From: Azolla caroliniana
Taxonomy: Eukaryota > Plantae > Polypodiophyta
Assembly: GCA_043228905.1 (NCBI GenBank)
Contig: JBHGNT010000007.1
Span: 11,408,001-11,472,000, forward strand
Length of the DNA stretch: 64,000 nucleotides
Direction of reading: 5' to 3'
Shown here: positions 1-10,703 of the stretch, in pieces
Numbering within the stretch: the stretch's first letter is position 1
How the letters are laid out: each line of letters opens with the position of its first letter
Notes under the pieces: model-generated
Database searches by the model: none
Seen by the model: the letters and a program-made list of their open reading frames with translations, nothing else
What the model was told of the DNA's origin: nothing
Program-made: the position numbers and the translations under genes

Positions 1-1310
1 ATCCCCTGGTCGATGATTTGTCCGACCGACACCAGGCTTTTTGTGATTGTCGAAACGTGTAATACATTCATAAACTTCCCCCTCAGTCCGACATGGCTCA
101 AAGGGACTTCTCCGACATGCACAATTGGGTGAGGAGTGTCGTCTCCGGTTTCGACAACTCCTAGTTGACTCGATTTCCCAAGAAAGGAGAACCACTCTTC
201 GTGGCTTGTCATGTGGTTCGACGCACTGGAATCAACGTACCATACTTCCTCCGATTTGGGAGTGATCTTCTTCATCGGGTTTTCCTTGTGTCTCATCACG
301 AAGGCTGGCCCTTTACCGGTCTTCCCGGTTCCGAATCCTTCCGATCCTTCTGTGTAGTGCACACTTTGCTAGTTTTCCCAACTGGTTTTGCCGGATCCGG
401 ATTTTTCCGAATCGGCATGCTTCTTCCAACACTTGCTTTCCCTGTGGCCCTTTTTGCCAGAGTACCAGCATTCCATGTCATCTTTTCCTTGCCGGCTTCC
501 GACTTCCGGCACCGCTTTGACTCCCCCTACTTGTAGAGGGTCTGGAACTGCTATCGGCACCATCTCTGTGCCTTCGGTTCTGCTCTTGTCGGCCGCCTCC
601 ATTGCGTGTCAACCCACCTCGTCCACCACGTCCATGGGGCCGATTTGTCTCCGTGTACAGCATTCGGTCGTCTAATTGAGTGGTCCTCGACCCACTCGCG
701 TGGTTTTCTTCGATCATTAGCATCGATTCCATGTCGAAGAAAGTCGGTGGCTTCTCCCGACTGTAGATCCCTGTCCGGATTGGCCCGTACCTTTGCGCTA
801 GACCACCAAGGCAGATTTGTACCATCTCGTCTTTGTCCACCGTCACGTTGATGGACCCGAGTGTGTCACAAATCTCCTTTGTTTTGGTTGTGTAATCTGT
901 AACATATGGGCTGTGGTATTCGCGTCGAAAATCTTCCTCAGATTTCCCCAAGCCTCCTTTGGCATTTTTGCATCCTTTATGTAGCAGAGCATCTGGTCGT
1001 GCACACAAGATGCAAGGCAATACAATACTCGGCTCGCTCCTTGCTCCCATACCGGGAAGTCCTCGTGTGCTAGCTCCAACACTATTGTGTTCATTCCTTC
1101 ACGAAGCTCCAAATTCTATGCCCTAGTAGGTACTGGTGCATCTTGTATGACCAAGACGCAAAGTTGCTCCAGTCGAGCTTCTATGTTGGAAGTGAACTTG
1201 CCATTCCTTTGTCCATATCTTCTCTCTATTTGTTGTTACCAGGTTCTAGGGTTCGTCTACGAAAGCAAGTGTCAGCTGCAGAGGTTCTCAACCCTCGCGC
1301 TCTAATACCA
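1..1310 (-). mobile_element. Ty1/copia internal region, 5' part (gag, zinc knuckle, protease remnant), degenerate; family A, same family as 33442-48250
   Basis: Minus-strand ORF fragments (WEQGASRVLYCL, DEMVQICLGGLA, CWYSGKKGHRESKC) match those at 34100-34900; PBS-like TGGTATTAGAGC at 1310-1299 (Met-i type, 1 mismatch). Confidence 0.9.
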
Positions 1311-1521
1311 TGTTAATGTTAATTTGTGGAAGCGTTTAGACAGAACCGGGTCAACCAGATAGCAACAGAGAACAAGATGAAGGTTTAATGGAGAAGCTTA
1401 TTACACAGATATTATATGCAGGAGAGACAGAGAGAGGAGAACATAAACGTAGATTCAAAATAATAAAAACACTCTATACATCCAACATGCTAAACGACAC
1501 TATTTATACAAGTCCATAAAG

Positions 1522-1558
1522 AACACCAGGTCATTTGAAACAGGTAATATGTCGCATT
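1522..1558 (+). repeat. Left TIR AACACCAGGTCATTTGAAACAGGTAATATGTCGCATT
   Basis: Reverse complement of 9028-9064 with 2 mismatches. Confidence 0.95.
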
Positions 1559-1848
1559 ATGAGAACACTACGTCGAAAAAGGGCACAAAAGCACGCAGTT
1601 TTCAAAAAGACACGACGCATGCGTAAAGCTTTTCAGAAAAGGTGGCAAAATATATTGAATTTCAACATGACTACCACTTTGAGTCATAAGTAAAATGCCT
1701 CCAAAAATACATCACCAAAATTACAAAATAATGTACAACATGTCTACCAGTTACAATTATACATATTCGTGAGTTTACATCCAAAACAAATTTACAAAGT
1801 TTCCGATCATGTAGTAAAACAATCCCCAGCTTGAACCAAACAAATATA

Positions 1849-4508
1849 TTAAGACATGTCTGATGGACTTGAAGAGCATTTTGACGTCTCATCCTCATCA
1901 TCAGTGGCAATCAAAGCATTATCCTCATCCAATTCCAACCCAACATCTTTGTGGTTATGAGAATTGCTTCTGGTTATTCTCTGTATTTCGTTTGACACCA
2001 TGTTTGGGATTTTCTCCTTTATTATCTTGATAGTTGCTTGTCTTAGATGACTTGATTTTGTCAATGAGAAGTCATATAATAGTATGTCAACACGGTCTAG
2101 TGCGAGAGTAGCCGTGCTCGGTATATTCTTTCTTCTTCTCTTTCTTCTTGAACATCCGACATCCTTAATCATCTCTAAAGAATACTTTCCTGTAAATGCA
2201 TCAGTTGAATTTGTCTGATACCAATGGACTACTATTGACTTTGTCTGACTACTTTCTTCATCCCTTACTAATTCAATAATTTTTGCAATCCAAAATGGAT
2301 GGCCCAAGGTATCGTCCCCTGCTAATGTTGCAACCAACATTCCCACTTGTAGTTCTTGCAAATTACCTTGCCATCTTGCCTCAACAGTACGTGACTTTCT
2401 TGGTCCCACATAAATATCTCTTTGCAGTGGCCGAACTAAATCATGAAGCTCCATATTATTCGATTGTTGGTGATGAGTCTGCGATATCGTTGATGTCATC
2501 CCAATGTTCCATGTGAATGGGATACGGATTGGCCATAAACCGGCGATGTAATTATCTAAAATGGTGCGTTGATGGGTGAAGAAAATCTCCCACCATTCAA
2601 CATCCTCATCACCGGCATACTTCTTAGTCTGATCAATATTATTTTGTTTCTCTGCTAGACAACTCAACCAATATGCCCTTTGTTCATCAATAGTACTATT
2701 TGGTGCTACATTTTTACGATCATCATATGGCATTTGTTGTGCACCATGTAGAGGTTCATCTGGGATATGAAGAAGGAGCCTACAACCTTCTTGGGGCTCC
2801 CATTGTGCACTAGATGAGTATTGTTTTGCAAACAACACCGTCATCTTCAGGTGGGCCGATCTTTGTTTTATGAGGAAGACATGGTTGAAACTTATATTAT
2901 TAAGAGGTGCAAGCACCCTACCTTTAGTCCCGTCACTATCCATGCAGAAACGTTTAAAGTCGTATACTTCTTCCAAGTGTTGTACTTCAGGCTTTGGTGT
3001 ATATGCTTCACTAATCAATTTGGATAGCGTGGGAAGTGTGAAAGCATTACAGCGAGCAAGTTTCTTTGAGAACCTACTGAACATTTGATCTATGTGATCA
3101 TGGGTATGACCAACCAACAAGAAGTTAACCTTTATCTTTTTAAATATGCCCCTCTCTACTAGCATGCTTAGATAGCCGAAGACAGTTGAGTTCTTATTCT
3201 CTCTTGCTGTGTTGTCTAGTTGCACATATAGAACTGGCGGGAGTATACTTGACCATGATTGCAATACCCTGTGCATGACAGTGACAGTAAGATTAGGGTC
3301 GTTGTGGATATTAGGATAAGTTAAGAACACTTGCGGTCTTATAGTTTGATAGTATGTCAAACAACCCACTAGATGCATTTGCACGAGACACTCATCTCCA
3401 ATATCCTTGGGGAGTCTTTGAAAATGCGGCAAACAAGTTTTCTTTTGATCCATGCCGTCAATAATCATGCACATATACTTTTCGGGAGATTGAAACGCTT
3501 TTTGTCGGTGATGCATAGCCTTAGTACGTTCCAATGCCTGACTTTCACGATGTTCTTTTAACAGGTTCTTGTAATTCTTGATCTCTACATCTGATTTTCC
3601 ACCCTTGGCCATACTTTTTAAACTCGCACATATTGAGCAGACTCCCATTCGCACCTTTCGTGGGATAACCACGTTATTAAATTGTAACCTCCATAGTCGA
3701 TTAAAATGCATGTACTGTATGTAAGGCTCAACATCGGAAGACATGTCGTCCTTGTACGATTGGTAAACTTCCCTTCGAGTAAAGTTAGTCTTCCTGTCGT
3801 TGGCATAACTTCGCACTGTTTTGAAAAATATACCTCCATCCACCTAATTGCCTGTTGCCCAATTTGACCCTTACATCCAGAACCATTTTGATCGAACTGT
3901 ACCCAGGAGCCCTTCACAAATCGCTCTTGAACTCGTTGCAGCCGCATATTTCCAATGCTATGAGTGATTTTAAAAGCTGCTCGACAGCACTTGGTATATA
4001 GTCCAAGGAAATATTCACCTTGCATTGAATTAGGCCCTGCTTTGTGATCCAATTTAAGTTGCATATGCGAAAGAAGAAATGTATCTTGCTCTTCCCCATT
4101 AAGCCACAAGTATTTTTGTCGTGTTTCACGTAACCTTGACTTTCCATAACTTGATAGACAGAGATTCACACAACAGAATTTGTTCAAGTCGCATAGAAGT
4201 TGACGATCAGAACATAAGAAATTAAATCTCTTTTCACTAACTTGTCGAGGAACTCTTTTAAATGCTAGAGGTTTAGTAATGCTATTGTTATCTATCGACG
4301 AAGAATTGTCCGCTTGTAAGCTTGCATGAAGAGGGCCATCAACAGGATCAATTGAAAACAGAGAATTCGAAGTACTAGGAGCCACACTTTTCTGTTTAAG
4401 CCGTGAATGTTTTTTGTGGTCGTACTCTTCTATTGAGAAATACGAGTTATCTGACAATGAAAAGGGGGCAATAGAAAAAAGAGATGTTCTACTTGTAGAA
4501 GAAGACAT
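1849..4508 (-). pseudogene. DDD transposase (Sola1-like/DUF7869-type) with C-terminal BAH/Tudor-like region; one frameshift near 3790
   Basis: Motifs CSIC..EH, IDGMDQKKT, QLDNTARENKN, FLLVGHTHDHIDQMFS; ORFs 3618-4508 and 1849-3843 join at CEVMPTTGR|NFTRREVY, where copy 2 reads CEVMPTTGRMHLSHNYTRQEVY, implying a short deletion. Confidence 0.85.
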
Positions 4509-4556
4509 TTGAGGGAGTCTAACTGTATTCTAAAACCTTCTTTTGAGAAAATTAAG

Positions 4557-4690
4557 GAATGCTGAAGCCTAACTATATAACTACCCGAACACTTAGATTA
4601 ACTATATTATTTTCCGAAATTTTCCTAAAAAACAAATAATTAAAAATTATTTTTTATTTTAAAAAGAATGCTAAAGTCTTCTATATAAGG
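4557..4690. promoter_or_regulatory. Putative bidirectional promoter with two TATATAA boxes between the divergent genes
   Basis: GAATGCTGAAGCCTAACTATATAA (4557-4580) and GAATGCTAAAGTCTTCTATATAA (4666-4688) within the ~300-bp gap between the ATGs at 4508 (-) and 4806 (+). Confidence 0.5.
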
Positions 4691-4805
4691 AGGTTAGAAA
4701 TTTCATTTTCATTATCACGTGAAAGAATCCATCGAGCTCAGAGCACAGGCCAATTTTCGAGCACTCAGAAGCACATCGTGGACAGCACTACCTCCGGCAC
4801 GAACC

Positions 4806-7800
4806 ATGAACAAGGGAAAGAAAATCGTCAGGTTAGTAATATTCATTACATTTTTTTAGATTCCTAAAGATTCCTTAAAGATTCCTTTCCTCAACACATA
4901 GAAATTTTATTTTATTTTGTACAACGAACTTGGAAAGCAATTCCGAAAGCCAGGACCTAAAAAATGTTGTTTTTGTGATAAAAAACTATCGCATGGGACC
5001 ATAAAATTGACGTAATTTAAATGATAATTTGCGTGATTTAGATGAAAATGTACATTGTTTCTATGTTTTCACCAACGTTTTTAATTTCAGTGAACCCAGA
5101 CAAAAAGTTCCTTCATTTAGATTGAAGATTCGATCTCCGAGAAAAAGAGATTCTAGCTCCTTCATGAAGGATACGAGTAAAAAGAATTTATTTGACTCAA
5201 CGGGGGAAGGAGGATCCAAGTCATCTGTGGCTACTACCAAAATCAACAAAGGTAGTACGCAAGAGGAGAAAACGGTTGAGGTGAAATATAAGGATTACCC
5301 CGAACTTGAATGGTGTCTCTCTTATGTCGAGGAGGATGGGGTGCTGTTATTGATAACGGCAAAATCGGACGGGGAAGGGAAACTTCAGCTTGGAAAAACA
5401 TTTAATTACGGGCATGTAACCAAGCTAGAGTACGAAGACATTGATTCTACATGTATTTTAATCGATGTCTCGAGCTCAGTTGGCGACAGGCGATTGCGAC
5501 TTGATGAGGGAAACCTAGTACCCGAATCTTGCAATCGCAAGGCTTTGCGTAAAGACCTGCAAACGAAAAATAACTTGTTGGTAGCTCTTCGGCCGTACGT
5601 GACAGGAGAGATGATGACCGGTGAAGCAGAAACTCCACCGAAAAAGTCTAGGAAGACAAATCTTGTTCAAAAGAAATATACTAAACGACCACGACCCGAA
5701 GAAGAAGAAGAAGAAATATTAGAGTTCGTGGAAGAAGAAGACGACCAACAAGTCGACGTCGTGGCTCCAGGCGGACAACTATCTTCTGGTGTCCTGACGT
5801 CAGAACAAAATAAAATACGAGAAAATATTGTGAAGACTAAACTTGTGCGCAGGGGCTAGCTATTTCATTTGCCCATTACTTCTATCCAAAGGACCCCCAT
5901 TGACCCCGTGACTGGAAGACGTCCCTTGGAAATTAGGGAGCCGCACTCCGTCCATGTGCAAAACCTGAAAAGCAAAATGAAAATCAATCCTCACGCTACT
6001 GTGGTGCCATTTTTGGTAATGGTTGATCAAGAACAATGCCCAACAGTAGCAGATTTCAAGTATAGCTCTGCAGACGATTACACATACTATGTAATCGGAG
6101 GATCACATTCGGCCGAAGCTCGACGACAGCTTGTCAAAGAATATCCTCTCACGTCATTCTTCAAATACCCCCAATGTAAGGTATATGTAGGACTAACTCA
6201 CGAGGAGGCGAAGCTGCTCACATGGGACCATAACAATGACAACGATTATAGGCAAAAGATGTCATGTATAGAGAGGATAAGATTTTTTCATCATGAATAC
6301 CTCGATGCCTTGAATCGTTTTGGTCCAAGATTGTGGCCTGGATTGCGACGTCAGTGTTTATTGGAAGTAGGGATTGCAGTGGATGAGAGTACGAAATCCG
6401 AAGGTCTCCGAAAATATGATTCTTGGTTTCAACTAGCTTTTCGGACCGGAGAGGTGTGGGATCTCCAAGACAAAATATTCTCTATGTGGGAGCGGAAAGA
6501 AGTCAAGGGGCAAAGATCAAAAAAGGGAAGAATTGATCCACAAGTTGAGATGAAATCAAAGACCAAGGGAAAAAGCGACTTGGTAATCGAGGAGTTACCA
6601 GAGGACATGAAACTTTTACCTTGGAGATCATTACAAGGTATCAAAGATGATAGATTTGTTAATATCCGTGCTATCTTGAGTGGTCACCAAGGAATTTAGT
6701 TTGGACGAGATGGTAATAAACTTGCAAAAGTAAGTGTTTATAGTATACCTTTTCATGAAATTCTTCAATTATTTTGAATATCTTATTTCTAATTTCATAT
6801 TGATTGTGCAGTCACAAGGTATACATGAAGATTCAGGAGTTGATGATGCAAAAACTGAGTTTACCGACATGGGAAGAAGTTGAACAAGCCTGCCCGATAA
6901 CTTCTTCCTACAAGGCATTGGAGGAATATTTTATTGTATTTAGAGAATGGGTATGTGTCTTTTGAATGTTGATATGTTAGAAAGTAATGTTCCCTGCTAA
7001 CAACAATGAGACTTGCAGAAACCATCAAAATCGAAAAAGAACAACGACAATAATGACGGTATTCCAGCGGCCTTCATCACGCACTTAGAACGTACGAAAT
7101 ATGAGAAGAGAATGACCAAAGGGAAGGAAATGGAACTGCCCGAGGATTCGGAGACTGTAAAGAGTTTTTTGCATAGGTCTGATCCTTTCAAACAACTTCA
7201 TTATAGTGTTTTCAATGGCGAAGTATCCCAGATGCTCGAACTGTTACCGAGAAGGCACTACACTTTGCTGATGGCTGACATACCATATGGTTTCCGTATT
7301 GCGGGATCAACATATGATGATGTGCCTTTCAAGTACCCTCAGATTGAGAAAATGGTAAAGGATTTCGCAGAACTGACATTGGCCCCCTTGTGGAGGATAG
7401 TCATATTTCATAGCATGGGGCAATCACTGTCAGTCACAACAGCTTTGAAGTCCCGTTGTCATGCCACTGAACACATGCATTGGTGCATTATAGTTCGCTT
7501 TTACTCATTACAGTACTTCTTATTATATGTACGCATTTACACCTCTAATACTTGATTTTCTTTCTCTATAGGATCAAAACAAATATTACACGTAGCCCTG
7601 GCGATCGAATGGTTAGTGCGGTCGAACATTTTTGTGTGGGCTACTATGATTCAATTACAAAGAAGAAGGCTAGAGCACATGTCAATGAGCGTAACGTGGT
7701 TAACTACATCATGTGCCCAGCTGTAACCAAAAAATTAAGACATGTGTCAGGGGATAAAAGTATGGTGAACCCTTATCAAAAACCTCAAAGATTGATCAAC

Positions 7801-8301
7801 CGCCTCATAGAGCTCTTCTCGAATCCAGATGATTGGGTCCTAGACTTGTTCTCTGGCACAGGTATAATATATATATTTAATTTCAATCTTGTCTATCAAG
7901 TTTAAGACGTTACTTCTTATATATACTTGTTTGTGTTCATGCGACCATTAGGTACAACGACAGCTTGTGCATTGAAGATGTTTAGAAACTGTGTTGCATT
8001 GGAGAAGGACCCTGCTCAAGTTAACTTCATCAAAATGAGGATCACAGGAATCTGGGACTGTCCAGATCAGGATCAAGAAGTCGGAGCAAAACACATCAAC
8101 GAGACAGAGATGTTCCAGATGACTTCACGAGAACCAATGGAACCAATTGATGAAGAAGTAGGGGAGCTGGTGGACCTAGAAGATGTAGCACAGTTTGACC
8201 ATACATCAGATTCGGGAGAGCTTGGAGATGACACGAATGAAAACAGTCTAGAACAATCAGCGCCAGAGGAGCCTGCTCTGCCTGATTTGCTTATAGATTG
8301 A
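4806..8301 (+). pseudogene. Spliced gene for a ParB/Srx-like domain fused to a beta-class N6A/N4C DNA methyltransferase; predicted exons 4806-4831, 5091-6729, 6812-6950, 7019-7482, 7572-7861, 7952-8301
   Basis: GT-AG introns restore frame; ParB-like PFLVMVD..YYVIGGSHSAEARRQL..DHNND; motif IV ADIPYG (DIPY 7277-7288); NPYQKPQRLINRLIELFSNPDDWVLDLFSGT|GTTTACALKMFRNCVALEKD; stops at 5857 and 6677 and a 1-nt insertion near 6654. Confidence 0.85.
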
Positions 8302-9027
8302 TGTAGATGGCGTAATGTAAAAATTGAGGATTTTGAGGCATAATGTTCACCATCACTTCATATTATATTTGTATATGAGAACATCTGTAATTGTTTATCA
8401 TTTAATTAAATTCACCTGTTCATAATTTCCCTTTTTAATCATTATTGGAACCGTTGTTTGTATTTACATATAATTGGTCACCATGCTCTTCTTCAGTTTG
8501 AGATATTAACATGATATTGTAATTTCTCATTTCCGTTAGCATGACTGTATATGAAAAGGCGAATGTTTTTGATAATAAGAGGTTTTTAGTTACCTACGGT
8601 TCAAGTCTACTAGTTCCACATAGTATAAATGAATGTCGTACGTAATTGTTACTCTTACCAATTACATTGTCATGAACTATATGACATTATACAATGAAAC
8701 TATCGATATACCCGTCCAACAAGTGGGGTACTACTTTATTCCTAAACCCAAAACCACATATTTATAATTACGGTTTATGTAGTTTTACTCTACAATTTGA
8801 ATATGGATACCAATTTTAGAACTTTATATTGAACCAAGTCTTCAATTGTGTTCCATGATATGCAAATTGACACGAATGTGGACACATATACAATTTAGTA
8901 ATTGCTAGGTTTTTTTTGTTCTATATTTAACCATCAAGTCGCAAAAGGGGTACGCATGCATCGTATATTTTCGATATCAGGCTAAAATAGGGTACTTTTC
9001 TACATCTGGCCAACTATGCCAAAAGAG

Positions 9028-9064
9028 AATACGACATATTACCTGTTTCAAATGACCCGGTGTT
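9028..9064 (-). repeat. Right TIR of transposon copy 1
   Basis: AATACGACATATTACCTGTTTCAAATGACCCGGTGTT followed by TSD AAAG. Confidence 0.95.
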
Positions 9065-9411
9065 AAAGGATTGACTGAAGTATTGACAAGTACTTCAAAA
9101 TTCCTACGTGCGATTGACACTAACTACGAGACAATAATTACCTAGTAGTCTAGCCACTACTACGCTTCCGGTTCCCGCTCGAATCCGGCTCTCCGATCTG
9201 TCTCCCCGATCCGGCTCATCCTCCTGGATGCCGATCCGGCTCAGGCTTATTCAGTCGATCCGGATCAGGTTGAGCTTGCTCACTCAACATGTATGTACGA
9301 ATGTAAGTGTGAGTGTGAGTATACATGCATAAGTGTGGATAGATAGGAAAGGGTATGAGCGACTGATATGTTTAGGGTTTAGGGTTTCTGAACTTTGTAA
9401 CCTAGTTGTGA

Positions 9412-10605
9412 TAGTTGTTGCCATTGTACCTTCTTGATAATAATATAGTTACATTGCTTGTACTTGTTGGTCTCTCTCTCTCTCTCTCTCTCTCTACACT
9501 TGAATCTTGATCTTGTTTTGTTGCTACAGTTGCCTTTGCTTTTCTTGTCAATCTGTTCTTCCTAACCTTTTCACCATCAACGAGAAGATCTTCATTATAC
9601 ACAGTGTTGGTTTTGTTCTACACCTGACGACCACTTCAAACAGGACATATGCAAATCATTAGGCTCCATCAATGTAATGGTGGACGAAGACGAAATGGTG
9701 CAGGTATCTCTAGGAGGTCTAGCACAATGATTCAGATAATTATGAACGGCAATATGCACGAGGGAGAAGCCACCTTCATTCTTCAACTTGCAATCGATGT
9801 TGATGGTCGAAGAAAGCCACGCAGGGATGACAAGGAGTGTGTCCACTGACGGCCGAATGTTGTACACGGAGGCAGATCAGCCCCTGGACGTGGTAGGAGA
9901 CGTGGATTGGCTCGCACCAATGACAGATGAAATGGACAGAGGCTGAATACAAGGGCCGATGATAATCAAGGACCCTCCACAAGAAGGGGGAGTCAAAGCG
10001 ATGCCAAGAGCTGGCAGAACAAGTCGACCAACTATTGGTATTGTGGCAAGACAGGCCACAAGGAACAGGAGTCTTGGAAAAAGTAGGCCGACTCATGGAG
10101 AACTGAAACCAATAGCAGACCCAATGTTCATCATGAAATATGATACCAACTCAATGGAAGCAAGCACCTCAACACAGGAAAAGGTGTGGTTCGTTGACTC
10201 AGGAGCATCTAACCCTATTACGAATCATGAAGAATGGTTTGAGAGTCTGAAGAAGCTTGAGAAGTCGAGGTTCATGGAGACCCGTGATGACACCGTCCAC
10301 ACAATTGAGCACATTGGAGATGTCCCTCTTAGTCATGTTGGCTAGAGAGGATGTATGAAGAACATCTTGCATGTACTGACAATCACCAATAATTTGGTGT
10401 CGATTAAACAGATCGTTGACCGGCATGCAAATCTATGTGAGGCTAAGAATAACCTCCTACTTATAGGTTTTTGGTTGCATTATTCTTGCTTTTTTGTAAA
10501 ATATAATTGAGTCTATGTGGGCACTTTTTATATTACTATTTCTCCTTTCTAATCCCAAATTGGTCGTAGAAGATATTTTTGGAAAGCTATTGTTGTTGAT
10601 GTGAG
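9412..10605 (+). repeat. ~1.2-kb copia-derived tandem unit 1 (gag and protease remnants, (CT)n)
   Basis: Collinear with 10606-11149 plus 24038-24700; contains DEMVQ..GGLA and VWFVDSGASN remnants. Confidence 0.8.
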
Positions 10606-10655
10606 AGTTGTTGCCATTGTAACTTCTTGATAATAATATAGTTACATTGCTTGTT

Positions 10656-10703
<48 letters not shown>

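Larger units (their letters stand above)
1522..9064. mobile_element. Sola1-like (DUF7869-type DDD transposase) DNA transposon carrying a ParB-like/DNA methyltransferase gene, copy 1, both ends intact
   Basis: 37-bp TIRs at 1522-1558 and 9028-9064 (35/37 identical); 4-bp TSD AAAG at 1518-1521 and 9065-9068; transposase on minus, MTase gene on plus. Confidence 0.9.
1311..9289 (-). repeat. 5' LTR of the family A copia, split into 1311-1521 and 9065-9289 by the DNA transposon
   Basis: Minus strand starts TGTTGAGTGAGCAAGCTCAA at 9289 like the LTR at 33442 and ends CA at 1311 next to the PBS; the rejoined site agtccataaaggattgactgaag aligns gap-free with the reverse complement of the 33442 LTR (agtcctaagaggactgacagaag). 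Confidence 0.85.

Noticed and set aside
4806-8301. Bacterial or phage contamination as source of the MTase
   Set aside because: GT-AG introns conserved between two copies, and the gene lies within TIRs inserted in a plant copia LTR with a TSD
9370-9390. Interstitial telomere (TTTAGGG)n
   Set aside because: Only about two units; similar short tracts occur in LTR-like sequence (25373-25380) and in the foldback arms
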